A stretch of 64,000 nucleotides of DNA from Candidatus Latescibacterota bacterium (lineage in GTDB: Bacteria > Latescibacterota > UBA2968 > UBA8231). This document shows positions 19,510 to 30,083 of the stretch, piece after piece. Position 1 is the stretch's first letter. Every line of letters begins with the position of its first letter. Under the pieces are notes generated by a model, which saw only the letters and a program-made list of their open reading frames with translations, was not told the DNA's origin and searched no databases. The translations under genes were made by a program, and so were the position numbers. Where the stretch lies: contig CBDCXV010000011.1 of the NCBI GenBank assembly GCA_965223905.1, positions 1,120,001 to 1,184,000 of the forward strand. Direction: 5' to 3'.

Positions 19510-21383
19510 TCAGGCGGTCAGCTCGAGGGCGCCGCCGATCTCGACCTCGATATCGAGGTCGGCCGCTCCGCCGTCCACCGGAAGCCGCAGGCCCTGCCGC
19601 TCCGCCAGGAAGCGGTCGCGAATCCCCACCTCGAGCCGTTCCGTCCGCCATCCCTCCAGGCGGCAGCAGAGCCGCCCCCTGCTGCTGCCGTTGAGGATCC
19701 ACAGGCGCCGCACCTGCGGCGAGGGCAGCTCGAAAACTCCCGGGGCATCCGGGGTGAAGATGCCCCCCACACGGCCTCCTCCTCCTTGTGCACGGAGAAC
19801 AGCGAGTGGTGGGCATCGGCGCCGAGCACCCGGTGGCGTCCGAACAGCAGCAGGTCGCGGTGCTCGCGGTACCACGCGAGCCAGGCGCGCACCACCCGCC
19901 TGTGCGCCTCCGGCAGGGCGCGCAGGTCCATCGACAGCATGGGGACGGCGCTGGTGACCAGCCCGGCCATGAAGCGGGCGACGTTCTCCACCGGCTCCTG
20001 CGGCAGCCAGTAGGCCGGGTCGGTGTGCGGGGCGACGTTGCCTTCGGGGCCGGCCCCGGGATCGAGGATGTAGCTCCTCAGACGGGTGCACATGCGGCGG
20101 ATGTGGTCGCCGTCGAAGGGGGCGTCCTGGGCGCGGTGGCTGGTGGCGAAGGGGCGCGTCGCCAAGGGTCGAGTAGTTCATGCGGAACTCGATCAGGGCG
20201 TCCGGGCGCACCGCCGTGATCGAGCGGTGCATCTCCGCCAGCAGGGTCTGCACCGCTTCCCCGAAGTCGTCGATGTCGTGGGCGTGCGCCGCCTGGCAGG
20301 GCTGTGAGGCGAGCTCCCTCAGGGGATCGATGAAGTCGATCTTGAGGCCGTCGACCGGGTAGGTGCGCAGCAGGTGTCCGACCATGCGCGCGGCATAGGC
20401 GCGCACCTCCGGGCAGCGCGGGCAGAGGAACTGCTCGGGCCGCTCCTGACCCTCCGGGTGAAAGAGATGCCCGGCGACGAAGGGCTCCCGGACGATCTCG
20501 CCGAGGCGGAAGATCGGCGCGCACCAGAGCAGGATCCGGAGGCCTTCTTCCTGCACCTGGCGGGCCAGCCCGGCCATGTCGGGAAACTTGCTCTCGTCGG
20601 CGATGTAGTGCCCCGTCTCCTCGTCGAAATGGTCGCGCACGAACCAGCCGTCGTCGACGATGATCGACCCGAACCCCCAGTCCCTCAGCAGCGGCGCCAT
20701 GCCGAGGATGTAGGCAGCGTCGACGTCCCCCTTGATCCCGTACCACGAGCACCAGACCGGGTCCCAGGAGGCCGCGGGAGCCCCGGCGATCCGGACCTGG
20801 TGAAAGCGGTCGTACTGGCGGGCGAAGGCGCGCACCGCGTCGAAGAGATGGCGCGGCGCCCGCGACAGGTAGACGCCGTCCCGCCACTCGGAGGTCTTGA
20901 GGGAAGGGCGCTTCAGCTCGACCGCGGCGTCCTCGTCATAACAGCTCTGGCGGATGTCCGCGGCGCGGACGTGATCCATGAAACCGATGCAGAAGCGGTT
21001 GCCGTCGTCGCGGTTGAGCAGGGCGATGAAGGGGAAGGACCAGGCGGCGAAGGTGCGCTCCTCCACGCCCCAGGGCAGGCTGATCAGGTCGCGCTTGCCG
21101 ATCGCCTCGTACAGCGCCGGCACGAACACGCGGTGCAGGTCGACGGCAGGCACCCCGGTCGAGACCGTGCAATTCACCACCTCGAAGGGGGCTCCGTCCC
21201 TGCGGCGCAGCGACCAGCGAAGGAGCCGGCTGTCGGCATCGGGGGCTGTGACCTCGGTCCGCCACTCGTACAGGCCGCCGGCCCCCTGCCCCGGGGAGAC
21301 CGGGTCGAACCCCTCCATGGGGGGATCCGTTTCGATGGATACGGTCAGCGTCAGACCGGAAAATCGAAGGTGTGCGGCATCAT
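19510..21383 (-). CDS. GH36 alpha-galactosidase-like protein with three apparent frameshifts
   Basis: PVWCSWY, IIVDDGW, KFPDM, DGLKIDF, LIEFR; indels near 21361 (A-run), 20163 and 19765 (C-run); GGAGGAG RBS before ATG at 21383. Confidence 0.75.
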
Positions 21384-21429
21384 GCTCCTCCTCCAGGGGT
21401 TTGGTGATGCTTGAGGTCAACAGCCCGGC

Positions 21430-21518
21430 GACTGAGAGTGGTCCCGGCAGGTTTCTGCCGTCGAGCAAAGAGCGGCGATGGCCCTCAGCATCGGCGTCTG
21501 AATCGAGGTCAGGGGGAC
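21430..21518 (-). pseudogene. 5' remnant of an AbiEii-like nucleotidyltransferase toxin
   Basis: (V)PLTSIQ..LRAIAA...SVAG overlaps the stop of the upstream small gene; start codon is GTC and the rest is absent. Confidence 0.45.
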
Positions 21519-21784
21519 AGTCTGGCGGCGAGGAGGAAACCCCGGCGACCTCCGTGTAACCGCAGACCGCGAGCCACCTCCGGTACGTCCTCCAAGGTGA
21601 TCTCCATATCGGGCGGCATGTACCAGAAGCATTGCGCGTGGAAGTCTCGGAAGGCGCGGCGGGCTTCGCGGACCCGGACCACGTCGAGGGCCTCCTCGGA
21701 GGAAAGGTGCCGGCGGCTCTTCCTGCTGTCTGTGCTCCCGGTCTCCGCCGGCCGGGTGCTTGAGTTCACTGAAGGGGTGTCCAT
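21509..21784 (-). CDS. Small conserved protein, probable antitoxin partner of a nucleotidyltransferase
   Basis: ARRAFRDFHAQCFW...LRLHGGRRGF motif; followed by the toxin-like remnant. Confidence 0.55.
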   Translation of the reverse strand: MDTPSVNSSTRPAETGSTDSRKSRRHLSSEEALDVVRVREARRAFRDFHAQCFWYMPPDMEITLEDVPEVARGLRLHGGRRGFLLAARLSP

Positions 21785-21924
21785 TATCTGCGTGTTTCCA
21801 TCATGGGTCTCTCATGTTTGAGGAAACATCGAGCAGGCACCTCCCGCAAGGAATCGGAGGCTAGCGTCCGGCCCCAATTGCCCGGCAGTTCGCGCCCCAA
21901 ACCAGCGGAGCCAAAACCCGCAGG

Positions 21925-22809
21925 CTATTCCACCGAGTTGGCGGCGATGAAAGCCTCCATCTCGCGAAAGGCCTGGTCCCGCTTCTCCCGCAGATCGTCC
22001 CTGGGGCAGATCGCCAGACAGGTGGTCAGGCCGCCGTCCACGGTGATCTCCTGCCCGGTGACGAAACGGGCTTCATCGGAGGCGAGGTAGACCGCCAGGT
22101 AGGCGATGTCGACGGGCTCGCCGACCATCTCCAGGGGCTGGAAGCTCCAGTGCACGATGCGGCTGCGGTCGCCGAAGCGCTCGACGAATTCGGCGCGCGC
22201 CTCCGGCTTGAGGTTCTCCGGCACCAGGTCGCGGTCGCCGCCGAGGTAGATGGCGCCGGGACTGATGACGTTGACGCGGATGCCGAAAGGGGCCAGCTCC
22301 GCGGCCAGGGCCCGGGTGCCGGCGATGATGCCTCCCTTGGAGGTGGCGTACACCGTGTTGCCGGGGCTGCCCTCGATCCCGTGAACGGAGGCGACGTTGA
22401 CAATCGACCCGCGGCCGCGCGCCTTCATCAGGGGGACGGCCAGCTGGCAGCCGAGGTGCATGCCGCGCAGGTTGGTGTCCATCAGGCGGTCGTAGTCCTC
22501 GTCCTTCACCTGCTCGACCGGATCGCCGATGCCGATACCGGCGTTGTTGAGGAGGATGTCGAGGCCGCCGAAGCGCTCCTTCACGGCGGCGAACAGGCCC
22601 TCCATCTGCTCACGCACCCCGACATCGGCAGGCAGGGCCAGAACCTCGCCGCCCGCTTCCTCGATTTCCGATTTCACCCGTTCCAGCTTTTCCGCGGAGC
22701 GCGCCGCGATGGCGACCTTGGCCCCGTGCTGGGCGAACAGCAGGGCGATGCCGCGGCCGATGCCCTGGCCGCCCCCGGTTATGACGGCGATCCGGTCCTT
22801 GAGTCTCAT
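21925..22809 (-). CDS. SDR family oxidoreductase
   Basis: TGGGQGIG, NNAG, YATSK, RVNVISPG, VDGG. Confidence 0.92.
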   Translation of the reverse strand: MRLKDRIAVITGGGQGIGRGIALLFAQHGAKVAIAARSAEKLERVKSEIEEAGGEVLALPADVGVREQMEGLFAAVKERFGGLDILLNNAGIGIGDPVEQVKDEDYDRLMDTNLRGMHLGCQLAVPLMKARGRGSIVNVASVHGIEGSPGNTVYATSKGGIIAGTRALAAELAPFGIRVNVISPGAIYLGGDRDLVPENLKPEARAEFVERFGDRSRIVHWSFQPLEMVGEPVDIAYLAVYLASDEARFVTGQEITVDGGLTTCLAICPRDDLREKRDQAFREMEAFIAANSVE

Positions 22810-23019
22810 GTGCTCTTGTCTTTGGCTTCGGAAGTTATACGTCGGTCAGTTCGGCAGGTTCTAATCCACCGACCTGGCCCAGAACTGCATCATGGGCCTG
22901 GGAAGGTCGCTGTAACCCCCGGCCGGACATCCCAATACCTGATCGGAAACCCGGCGCAATTGTCGGTAGGTTCGCGAATGGGCAAAACGGCGATAGCCGA
23001 TATATGCGCCTCCACCTCC

Positions 23020-23934
23020 TCAATCCTCCGTAAAGTAATCCAGATCTATCCTCTTCAATTCGAATGTGTCTTCTGTCGCCACACCGACGCCATGGTCGAT
23101 CATGAGCTCGGCGAGCTCGGGTCCTCCGATCAGAATAATCTTGGTCTCGATATTCTCCACGTACCCATCAGCCTCGCGAGAGAATGTGGAAGTTGTGATA
23201 AAAACTCCCTTGCGTGCTCGCTGCCCTTGCAGAGCTCCGGCGAACTTCTGGACCTCGGGCCTGCCGACGACACTCTCCCATCGCTTTGCCTGCACGTAGA
23301 TGATGTCCAGGCCCAAGCGATCCTCCTTGATGATCCCGTCGATGCCTTCATCCCCCGAGCGTCCTATGGCTTCACCGGCTTCTTGCCGGGAGCCCCCGTA
23401 CCCCATGCGGACGAGCAGATCCACGACGAGGCGCTCAAAGAATTCCGGGGACGACTTCTTTATCGTTTCCAGAAGATCATCCGAGAGATTCTTCCGCAAC
23501 GCCATATAGGCATCCTGAAGAGTTTCTTCGGGGGTGTTCGCGGGACTCTCACCTTCTTCGGTTTCGCCCACTTCTGGTGCACGCGGACGGGAGGATTGTT
23601 TAAATATTTGGAAATCATCGAATTGTTCGAGGAATTTTGCATTGATCCGAGAAGGTTTTTCGTCAAGGATTCTGCGGCCCCGGTCGGTAATGCAAAAGAA
23701 ACCCCTCCTGGGAGAATCCAATAAACCGGCTTTTTTCAGATAAGTTCGCGCCCAAGCGACACGATTGTGAAGCTTCGATTGCTTGCCACTCGGCAGGAGT
23801 TCCCTTTTCTCATCTTCCGTCAGGGCAAAACGCTCTGCGAGTATATCGACAGCTTTGCGGAGTTGCAGGGTTTCGCCCTCCCCGGCCAACTCAAGCAAGG
23901 GCAACATGATGGATTGGAAATCTGGAACAGCCAT
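23020..23934 (-). CDS. mrr: Mrr type IV restriction endonuclease
   Basis: MAVPDFQSIMLPLL, NRVAWARTYLKKAGL, FFERLVVDLL, DEGIDG, YVQAKRW. Confidence 0.95.
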   Translation of the reverse strand: MAVPDFQSIMLPLLELAGEGETLQLRKAVDILAERFALTEDEKRELLPSGKQSKLHNRVAWARTYLKKAGLLDSPRRGFFCITDRGRRILDEKPSRINAKFLEQFDDFQIFKQSSRPRAPEVGETEEGESPANTPEETLQDAYMALRKNLSDDLLETIKKSSPEFFERLVVDLLVRMGYGGSRQEAGEAIGRSGDEGIDGIIKEDRLGLDIIYVQAKRWESVVGRPEVQKFAGALQGQRARKGVFITTSTFSREADGYVENIETKIILIGGPELAELMIDHGVGVATEDTFELKRIDLDYFTED

Positions 23935-23970
23935 GGAATTTCCTTTATGTGCAAATTTCTATTTGGTTCC

Positions 23971-24183
23971 TCAAGCCAACATCAGCCGCTCGCCCTTGGG
24001 TTCGGGTATTGGATCGCCGAACTCTCTGGCTGTTTCAATCCAGAGAGCCATCGCTTCATTGACGTTTCTGAGTGCGGCTTCTTGCGTGTCACCATGAGCC
24101 ATGCATCCGGGAAGCTCAGGAACTTCGGCTACGAAGGCGCTGTCCACGTTACTCCAAAAAAGAATCACCTCGTATTTGTACAT
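23971..24183 (-). CDS. hicB: HicB antitoxin (short form)
   Basis: FVAEVPELPGCMAHGDTQEAAL...IPEP. Confidence 0.9.
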   Translation of the reverse strand: MYKYEVILFWSNVDSAFVAEVPELPGCMAHGDTQEAALRNVNEAMALWIETAREFGDPIPEPKGERLMLA

Positions 24184-24437
24184 CAGTCTTCTCCTCCCAG
24201 TCCGTATTTAAGAATTACTTTTCGAACCTGCTGCACCTGATAGGGCTTCGCATGGCCATCGTCACGCTGTAGGTTGATTTTCTCCGCAACACCATCCTTC
24301 CTGAAGATATGGTGGCTTCCCCTCACTCGCTCCACGAACCCCAGATTTCGGAGCAGACCACGCAAACCATCGAAGCGGACACTTGCATCAGAGCGACCGC
24401 CGAGAATCCTCTGCAACAGCTTCTTGTGCTGGTTCAT
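24183..24437 (-). CDS. hicA: HicA toxin
   Basis: LGFVERVRGSHHIF...AKPYQVQQV; TGATG overlap with hicB. Confidence 0.9.
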   Translation of the reverse strand: MNQHKKLLQRILGGRSDASVRFDGLRGLLRNLGFVERVRGSHHIFRKDGVAEKINLQRDDGHAKPYQVQQVRKVILKYGLGGED

Positions 24438-24476
24438 GCGCCAAGTTCCTGGGTCCCCTTGGGACTTCGCCCCCGA

Positions 24477-25415
24477 TCACGGCTTCCAGGTCTCGGCCAG
24501 CTCCGCGTACTCGCGCGCCTGCCCGGCGATGTCGACCCCCACCTCCTGCGACCAGGCTTCGAGCAGCTGCCTGTAGATCGGCCCGGGCTTGCCGTCCCCC
24601 ACGGGGCGGAAGTCGAATCGCGTGATCGGCACCATGCAGATGGTCGTGCTCGTGAACCAGGCCTCGTCCGCGGCGCGCACGTCGTAGGGCTCGATGTCGG
24701 CCTCGATCACCGGGTTGCCGAGCTTCTCGGCCAGCTCCATGCAGGCGCCGCGGGAAACGCCGCGCAGGATGTCGTGCGGTTTGGGCGTCAGGATGCGGCC
24801 GTCCCTGACCATGAAGAAGTTGTTCCCGGTGCCCTCGGTGACGAACCCGCGCTCGTCGGTGAGAAGGGCCATGGCCCCCTCCTCCATCCGGGTCACCTGG
24901 GTCTCGGCGATCTTGTAGAAGATGCGGCTGCGGTTCTTGGCCTTGGGATCGATGTAGCGGGCCGGGACCGACTGCTGCCGCGGGATGGCGAAGTGGGTCC
25001 CGGTGTCGAACCTGGAGGCCATGCCGCCGATGTGGCGGATCAGCGGGATGACGTTGATGGTGACGATCGGGGTCTCCCCCTCGCGCACCAGCTCGGCGTA
25101 GAGCCCGAGGACCCCGCGCGTGACGTCGTGCATGATCTGGAAGTCGTAGCCGCCGAGGGCCTCGCGGTTCTTCTCGATGGTCGCGAAGGTCGCCTCCTCC
25201 ATCTCGTCGATGGTCATGTCGAGGTCGATCTCGGCGTACTTGATCGATTCGTACAGGCGCTCGAGGTGGTGGCGCAGCCGGTAGGGCTTCTGGTTGAAGG
25301 TCCGCGTCATCTCGAACACCATGTCCCCGAACATCAGGGCGGAGTCGAATATGGAGATGCGCGCTTCGTCCTCGGGGACGTAGTCGCCGTTGAAGTAGAC
25401 CAGGCGCTTGGTCAT
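24477..25415 (-). CDS. Class IV PLP aminotransferase (IlvE/D-amino acid aminotransferase-like)
   Basis: GDMVFEMTR, HLERL, KAKNRSR, EGTGNNFF, ILRGVSR, DEAWFTST. Confidence 0.9.
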   Translation of the reverse strand: MTKRLVYFNGDYVPEDEARISIFDSALMFGDMVFEMTRTFNQKPYRLRHHLERLYESIKYAEIDLDMTIDEMEEATFATIEKNREALGGYDFQIMHDVTRGVLGLYAELVREGETPIVTINVIPLIRHIGGMASRFDTGTHFAIPRQQSVPARYIDPKAKNRSRIFYKIAETQVTRMEEGAMALLTDERGFVTEGTGNNFFMVRDGRILTPKPHDILRGVSRGACMELAEKLGNPVIEADIEPYDVRAADEAWFTSTTICMVPITRFDFRPVGDGKPGPIYRQLLEAWSQEVGVDIAGQAREYAELAETWKP

Positions 25416-25550
25416 CTGGAAATCCTTTTCGGTTTATGTGCGATTGAAGCCAGCTGCTCTGGCGCGGCCGGCTGCCCGTTCGGCCCTCAGTAGTTTCGAA
25501 TCGGTCTCGACGGACCACCGTCGATGAAAGCCGGGGCAGCGTGACCCTAC

Positions 25551-26912
25551 TTAATAACCCAGCTGCCGGCCGACCTCGTCGATGCTCTCGAGCACGGCCT
25601 CGACCGAGCGCCGCACCTCGGCTTCCTCGATGGTGAACGGCGGGCTGATGGCTATGTGGTCGCCGTTGACGCCGTCGATGATGCCGGGCGCCCCCGGCAT
25701 GATGAGCACCCCCTTGTCGAAGCTGGCCTTGACCACCGCGGCGGTGACCCCCTGGCCGGGATCGAACGGGGTGCGCTGCTCCTTGTCGCGCACGAGCTCG
25801 ACCCCGGCAAGCAGCCCGCGGCCGCCGCGCACCTCGCCGGCGATGGGCAGGTCGAGCCCCTCTTGCAGCAGCTCGTACATCAATCCTCCCATCTCCGCGC
25901 ACTGCCGCACCAGGCCGCGGTCGTCGATGTACTTCTGCACCGCCAGCGCCGTGGCGCAGGAGAGCGGGTTGCCGCCGTAGGTGTGGCCGTGCACGAAGGC
26001 CCGGCTCCGGCTGTAGATGGCCTCGTAGATCTCGTCCGTCGCTACGGTCGCCGCGATCGGGGTGTAGCCGCTGCTCAGCCCCTTGCCGGTGGTCAGGATG
26101 TCCGGCACCACCCCGGGCCAGTGCTCGATGCCGAAGTCGACGCCGGTGCGGCCGAAGCCGGTGACCACCTCGTCGACGATGAGCAGGATGCCGTAGCGGT
26201 CGCAGATCTCGCGCACCCGCGGGAAGTAGTCGGGAGGCGGCGCCGCGCCGGCCGCGGAGGTTCCGAGGATCGGCTCGGCGATGAAGGCGGAGATGTTGTG
26301 CGCCCCCTCCTGCAGGATGACCCGCTCCAACTCATCGGGGGAGCTCGCCAGGCAGTCGCGGCACTCGCCGCAGTTGTCGCAACGGTAGGGGATCGGCGGC
26401 GGCAGGTGCGGAAAGTCCATCAGGTAGGGGCCGTAGTCGGCGCGCCAGCTGCTGCGCCCCGACATCGACATCGCCCCCACGGTGTTGCCGTGCCAGCTCT
26501 GCCAGCGGCTGATGACGCGGAACTTGCTTGGGTTGCCGGTCTCGACGTGGTACTTGCGCGCCATCTTCATCGCCGACTCGGTCGCCTCCGAGCCGCCCGA
26601 AGTGAAGAAGACGCGGTTGAGATCGCCGGGGGCGATGGCGGCGATCCTCTCGGCCAGCTCGACCTGCGGTTCGGTGAGGAACTGCGAGTAGGCGAAGCAG
26701 ACCTTGCCGGCCTGCTCGCGCATGGCATCGGCGACCTCCCGGACCCCGTGGCCGATGCTGACCACGTGCACCCCGGCGCAGGCGTCGAGATAGCGCCGGC
26801 CTTCCGAGTCGACGAGGTACACTCCCTCGCCGTGCGATACCACCGGCCAGGACTCCTTCAGCGTGCGGTGGAAGATGCGTGCGCCCGTCTCCAGGGCTGC
26901 GGTCATGTCCAA
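25551..26912 (-). CDS. Class III PLP aminotransferase
   Basis: YLDACAG, SGGSEATE, SWHGNT, IVDEVVTGFGRTG, GKGLSSGY, HGHTY. Confidence 0.92.
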   Translation of the reverse strand: MDMTAALETGARIFHRTLKESWPVVSHGEGVYLVDSEGRRYLDACAGVHVVSIGHGVREVADAMREQAGKVCFAYSQFLTEPQVELAERIAAIAPGDLNRVFFTSGGSEATESAMKMARKYHVETGNPSKFRVISRWQSWHGNTVGAMSMSGRSSWRADYGPYLMDFPHLPPPIPYRCDNCGECRDCLASSPDELERVILQEGAHNISAFIAEPILGTSAAGAAPPPDYFPRVREICDRYGILLIVDEVVTGFGRTGVDFGIEHWPGVVPDILTTGKGLSSGYTPIAATVATDEIYEAIYSRSRAFVHGHTYGGNPLSCATALAVQKYIDDRGLVRQCAEMGGLMYELLQEGLDLPIAGEVRGGRGLLAGVELVRDKEQRTPFDPGQGVTAAVVKASFDKGVLIMPGAPGIIDGVNGDHIAISPPFTIEEAEVRRSVEAVLESIDEVGRQLGY

Positions 26913-26935
26913 CCTCTTTCCCTTCTGATGCTGTT

Positions 26936-27748
26936 CTAGTGCTGGTCCCGCCTCGGCGGGATCTCCTGTTGTTTCAGCTCGCGGATCAGCTCGACGAGGC
27001 CGTCGACGGCCGCGGCGAGGAACCGCTCCCCCTTCTCCACGGTAGCCCGGGTGGCGTCTCCCATGACCCCGCTGGCGGTCTGCTGGCTCCAGTACGGAAT
27101 CAGCCGCGCCGCCGAGCCCTCCGGGTGCCTCCCCGAGATCAGGTCGGTGCGGAAGCTCGGCGACAGCGGCGAGCGCTCGTCGACGGCCCTGCTCATGTCG
27201 ACGAGCTCCGGCTTCATCGCCAGGTACAGGGAGGTCTCGTACTCGCCCGCGTGGGAGGTGCCGCCGTAGTCAGAGTCGCGGATCTCCTCCGCTTCCACCT
27301 TGACCTTGCGCACGTCCCAGTGGTTGACGGAGGCGCACAGGATGCCGCCGCCGTACTCGATCACCGACAGCCGCGCCGCCAAGTCGAGGGGGGAGGTGTT
27401 GCTGCCGTGGCCGTTGACGACAAGGATGCGCTTGAACCCGTGGTGGGCCAGCGAGCAGCAAACGTCCTTCACGTAGCGGATGAAGGTGTCCCAGCCGATC
27501 GTCAGGGTGCCGTGAAAGTCCATGTGGTGGGGGCTGTACCCGTGGGGCACGGCCGGAACCAGCACGGCCTCCTCCGGGATCTTGGAGACCGCCCTCTCGC
27601 AGACCCCCGTGCACAGCACCACGTCGGTGTCGACCGGCAGGTGCGGCCCGTGATCCTCGTAGGTGGCGACCGGCAGCACCGCGACCCGGTCCTGGGCGGC
27701 GGCATCCCTGATCTCGTACCAGATCATCTCGGCGAAGCGGTATTTCAT
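26936..27748 (-). CDS. Creatininase family amidohydrolase
   Basis: EDHGPHLPVDTD, SPHHMDFHGT, NGHGSN, HAGEYETS. Confidence 0.92.
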   Translation of the reverse strand: MKYRFAEMIWYEIRDAAAQDRVAVLPVATYEDHGPHLPVDTDVVLCTGVCERAVSKIPEEAVLVPAVPHGYSPHHMDFHGTLTIGWDTFIRYVKDVCCSLAHHGFKRILVVNGHGSNTSPLDLAARLSVIEYGGGILCASVNHWDVRKVKVEAEEIRDSDYGGTSHAGEYETSLYLAMKPELVDMSRAVDERSPLSPSFRTDLISGRHPEGSAARLIPYWSQQTASGVMGDATRATVEKGERFLAAAVDGLVELIRELKQQEIPPRRDQH

Positions 27749-27794
27749 CTTTCCGACTCTCCTTGCGCCTGTGCGCGAATGCGGGACTTCAGAT

Positions 27795-28958
27795 CTACTC
27801 GATGCCGAGGCCGGCGTTGATCTCGGCCTGGTACCCCTCGAGCTCGCAGCGCTCGATCTCACGCAGGGTCACCGGGCGGCCGTGCCAGCCCGACTCGTAC
27901 ACGGCGGCGCAGATCGCCTGCGCCTTGAACCCCTCCATGCCGTCGACCTCGGGGCGGCCCTCGCTGCGCACGGCGCGGGCGAAATCCACCAGCTCGACCG
28001 CGACCGGGTGGGTCACTCCCCCGGGAAACAGCTGCTCCTCCCCCTCCTCGTCGAGACTGCCGCGGAACTCGGCTACCAGCTCCTCGTTCGACAGGTTTTC
28101 CCCCTGCCGCCCCCACAGGCCGGTCTCCCAGTCGAGGCAGCCCTCGCTGCCGTAGAGGACGCGGGCCCGGAACCCCTGCCCCGGGGCCGACCCCTGCCAC
28201 GTCCACTGGACCACCACGTCGTCCTCGAAGGAGACCAGGGCGTGCGACGAGTCCTCGACGTCGACGCTCCAGGCGCCGGCGCGTGCGGCGACGACGTCGT
28301 AGCGGAACGGCTCGTACTGCCGGGTCACGGCGAACACCTGGCGGGGCTGCAGGCCGAGGTGGTAGCGGAAGAGGTCGGCGAAGTGGACGCCGCCGTCGAG
28401 CACCCAGCCGCCCCCGGAATGCTGCCGGAAGCTGCGCCACCCCCACTTGCCCAGCGACTCGGACACGTCCTGCCAGTAGAAGGTGCGCGGCCTGCCGATG
28501 CGGCCGCGGCGGACCGCCCAGTGGCGCGCCCGCTCTTCGGGGGAGCGGCGGTACTGCTCGGCCACGGCGAGCAGGCTGCGGCTGCGGGTGGCCGCGTCGA
28601 CGATGCGCCGCGCCGCCCGCATCGTCACCCCGAGCGGCTTCTCGATGAGGACGGCGAGGCCGGCTTCGAGGCAGGGAACGGAGACCTCGTGGTGGGCGGA
28701 GTGCAGGGTGCAGATGTCGACCGCATCGAGCTCCGGGCCGCTGCCCAGCAGGTACTCGAGCCGCTCGAACACGGCCGGCTGCGAGCCCTGGACCTCCGCC
28801 ACCTGGACCGCCCGCTCCCGGGCGCGGTCCGCGTCAGGGTCGCAGACGGCGACGATGTCGAGGGGGCGGCGGTCCGCCCGTCGCAGCTCATCGAGACCGC
28901 TCACGTGGGCCCCGGACATGCCGCCGCATCCGATCAGTGCGGTTCGTACCGGTTCCAT
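27795..28958 (-). CDS. Gfo/Idh/MocA oxidoreductase
   Basis: ALIGCGGM, IEKPL, DGGVHFAD. Confidence 0.9.
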   Translation of the reverse strand: MEPVRTALIGCGGMSGAHVSGLDELRRADRRPLDIVAVCDPDADRARERAVQVAEVQGSQPAVFERLEYLLGSGPELDAVDICTLHSAHHEVSVPCLEAGLAVLIEKPLGVTMRAARRIVDAATRSRSLLAVAEQYRRSPEERARHWAVRRGRIGRPRTFYWQDVSESLGKWGWRSFRQHSGGGWVLDGGVHFADLFRYHLGLQPRQVFAVTRQYEPFRYDVVAARAGAWSVDVEDSSHALVSFEDDVVVQWTWQGSAPGQGFRARVLYGSEGCLDWETGLWGRQGENLSNEELVAEFRGSLDEEGEEQLFPGGVTHPVAVELVDFARAVRSEGRPEVDGMEGFKAQAICAAVYESGWHGRPVTLREIERCELEGYQAEINAGLGIE

Positions 28959-28963
28959 GCGGG

Positions 28964-30064
28964 TTATCTCCCGGCCCGCTGATCGGCGATCCAGGTCATG
29001 CTCTCGCCGCGCACCAGGAAGGAGCGCTCGTCCCAGACGCCGGGGCGCTCGACCGGGATCCTCCCCTCTTCCACGGCGACGTCCAGGGGGTTGTCCCGGG
29101 TCTTCAGGGGCAGGTCGACGCGCTCGTGCATGCGCGCCGACTCGTACACCGCCATCATCACCTCGAGGGTCGCCTTGCCGACCTCGCCGGTGTTGCGGTA
29201 GCTGTCGACCTTGCCCTCGATCCAGTCGACGATGCCGTTGGCCTGGTCCGTGAAGGCGTCCCCGTAGCCGCCCCGGGCCTGCTCCTCCGGCTCGAACTCC
29301 TGCCACCCCGCGGCCTTCGCGGTCAGGTGCCTCAGGCTGTTGTCCGAGACCACCATCATGCCGTCGGTCCCGTAGACCGTGGCCCCGACCATGTAGTTGC
29401 CGCTGAGCTCGTTCTCGATCACCCCGGTGGCCCCGTTCTCGTACCCGATCAGGCCGCAGCAGCGGTCCTCGACCCGGTGGCCGAAAATGTGGTGGTCGGT
29501 CTTGCGCTCCACTCCCCCCATGACCCACAGCGCCTTCGGGTCTCCGAGCAGGCAGAACTGGCAGTCGATGCCGTGGGTGCCGGTGTTCATCATGCCGGCG
29601 CGCACCCCCGTCCACAGCCGTTCCGGCTCGCCGATGGCGCCGTCGGCTATGAGCCGGGCCCCCTCGTTCCAGGAGGAGTAGAAGCGGCGCTGGTGTCCTA
29701 TGGCGAGCTTCACGCCGTTGCGCTCGCAGGCGATGATCATCGCCTCCCCCTCGCCGAGGGAGATCGCCATCGGCTTCTCGCACACCACCGCTTTGGGCTT
29801 GCCTGCGGCCGCGGCGATCGTCATCTCGGCGTGCTGCGGGTCCCAGGAGCAGACGCTGACGATGTCGAGCTCCTCTTTCTCCATCATCTCGCGGTAGTCG
29901 AGGTAAGTCGATTCCACCCCGAAGTCCTCGGCGTAGCTGGCCAGGGCCTCGGGATGGGAGTCGGCGATGGCCACGATCTCGGTCCGTTCACACCGGGTCC
30001 AACCGCGGCCGTGCTCGCGGGCGATGCGGCCGCTGGCGATGACCCCTACGCGATACTTTGCCAC
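28964..30064 (-). CDS. Gfo/Idh/MocA oxidoreductase
   Basis: GVIASGRIA, CEKPMA, GHQRRF, NTGTHGID; GTG start after GGAG. Confidence 0.9.
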   Translation of the reverse strand: MAKYRVGVIASGRIAREHGRGWTRCERTEIVAIADSHPEALASYAEDFGVESTYLDYREMMEKEELDIVSVCSWDPQHAEMTIAAAAGKPKAVVCEKPMAISLGEGEAMIIACERNGVKLAIGHQRRFYSSWNEGARLIADGAIGEPERLWTGVRAGMMNTGTHGIDCQFCLLGDPKALWVMGGVERKTDHHIFGHRVEDRCCGLIGYENGATGVIENELSGNYMVGATVYGTDGMMVVSDNSLRHLTAKAAGWQEFEPEEQARGGYGDAFTDQANGIVDWIEGKVDSYRNTGEVGKATLEVMMAVYESARMHERVDLPLKTRDNPLDVAVEEGRIPVERPGVWDERSFLVRGESMTWIADQRAGR

Positions 30065-30083
30065 TTCATATCTCCTCTGTCGG

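Noticed and set aside
9533-24437. Toxin-antitoxin genes as integron cassettes
   Set aside because: No convincing attC sites or intI, and the loci are dispersed in mixed orientation
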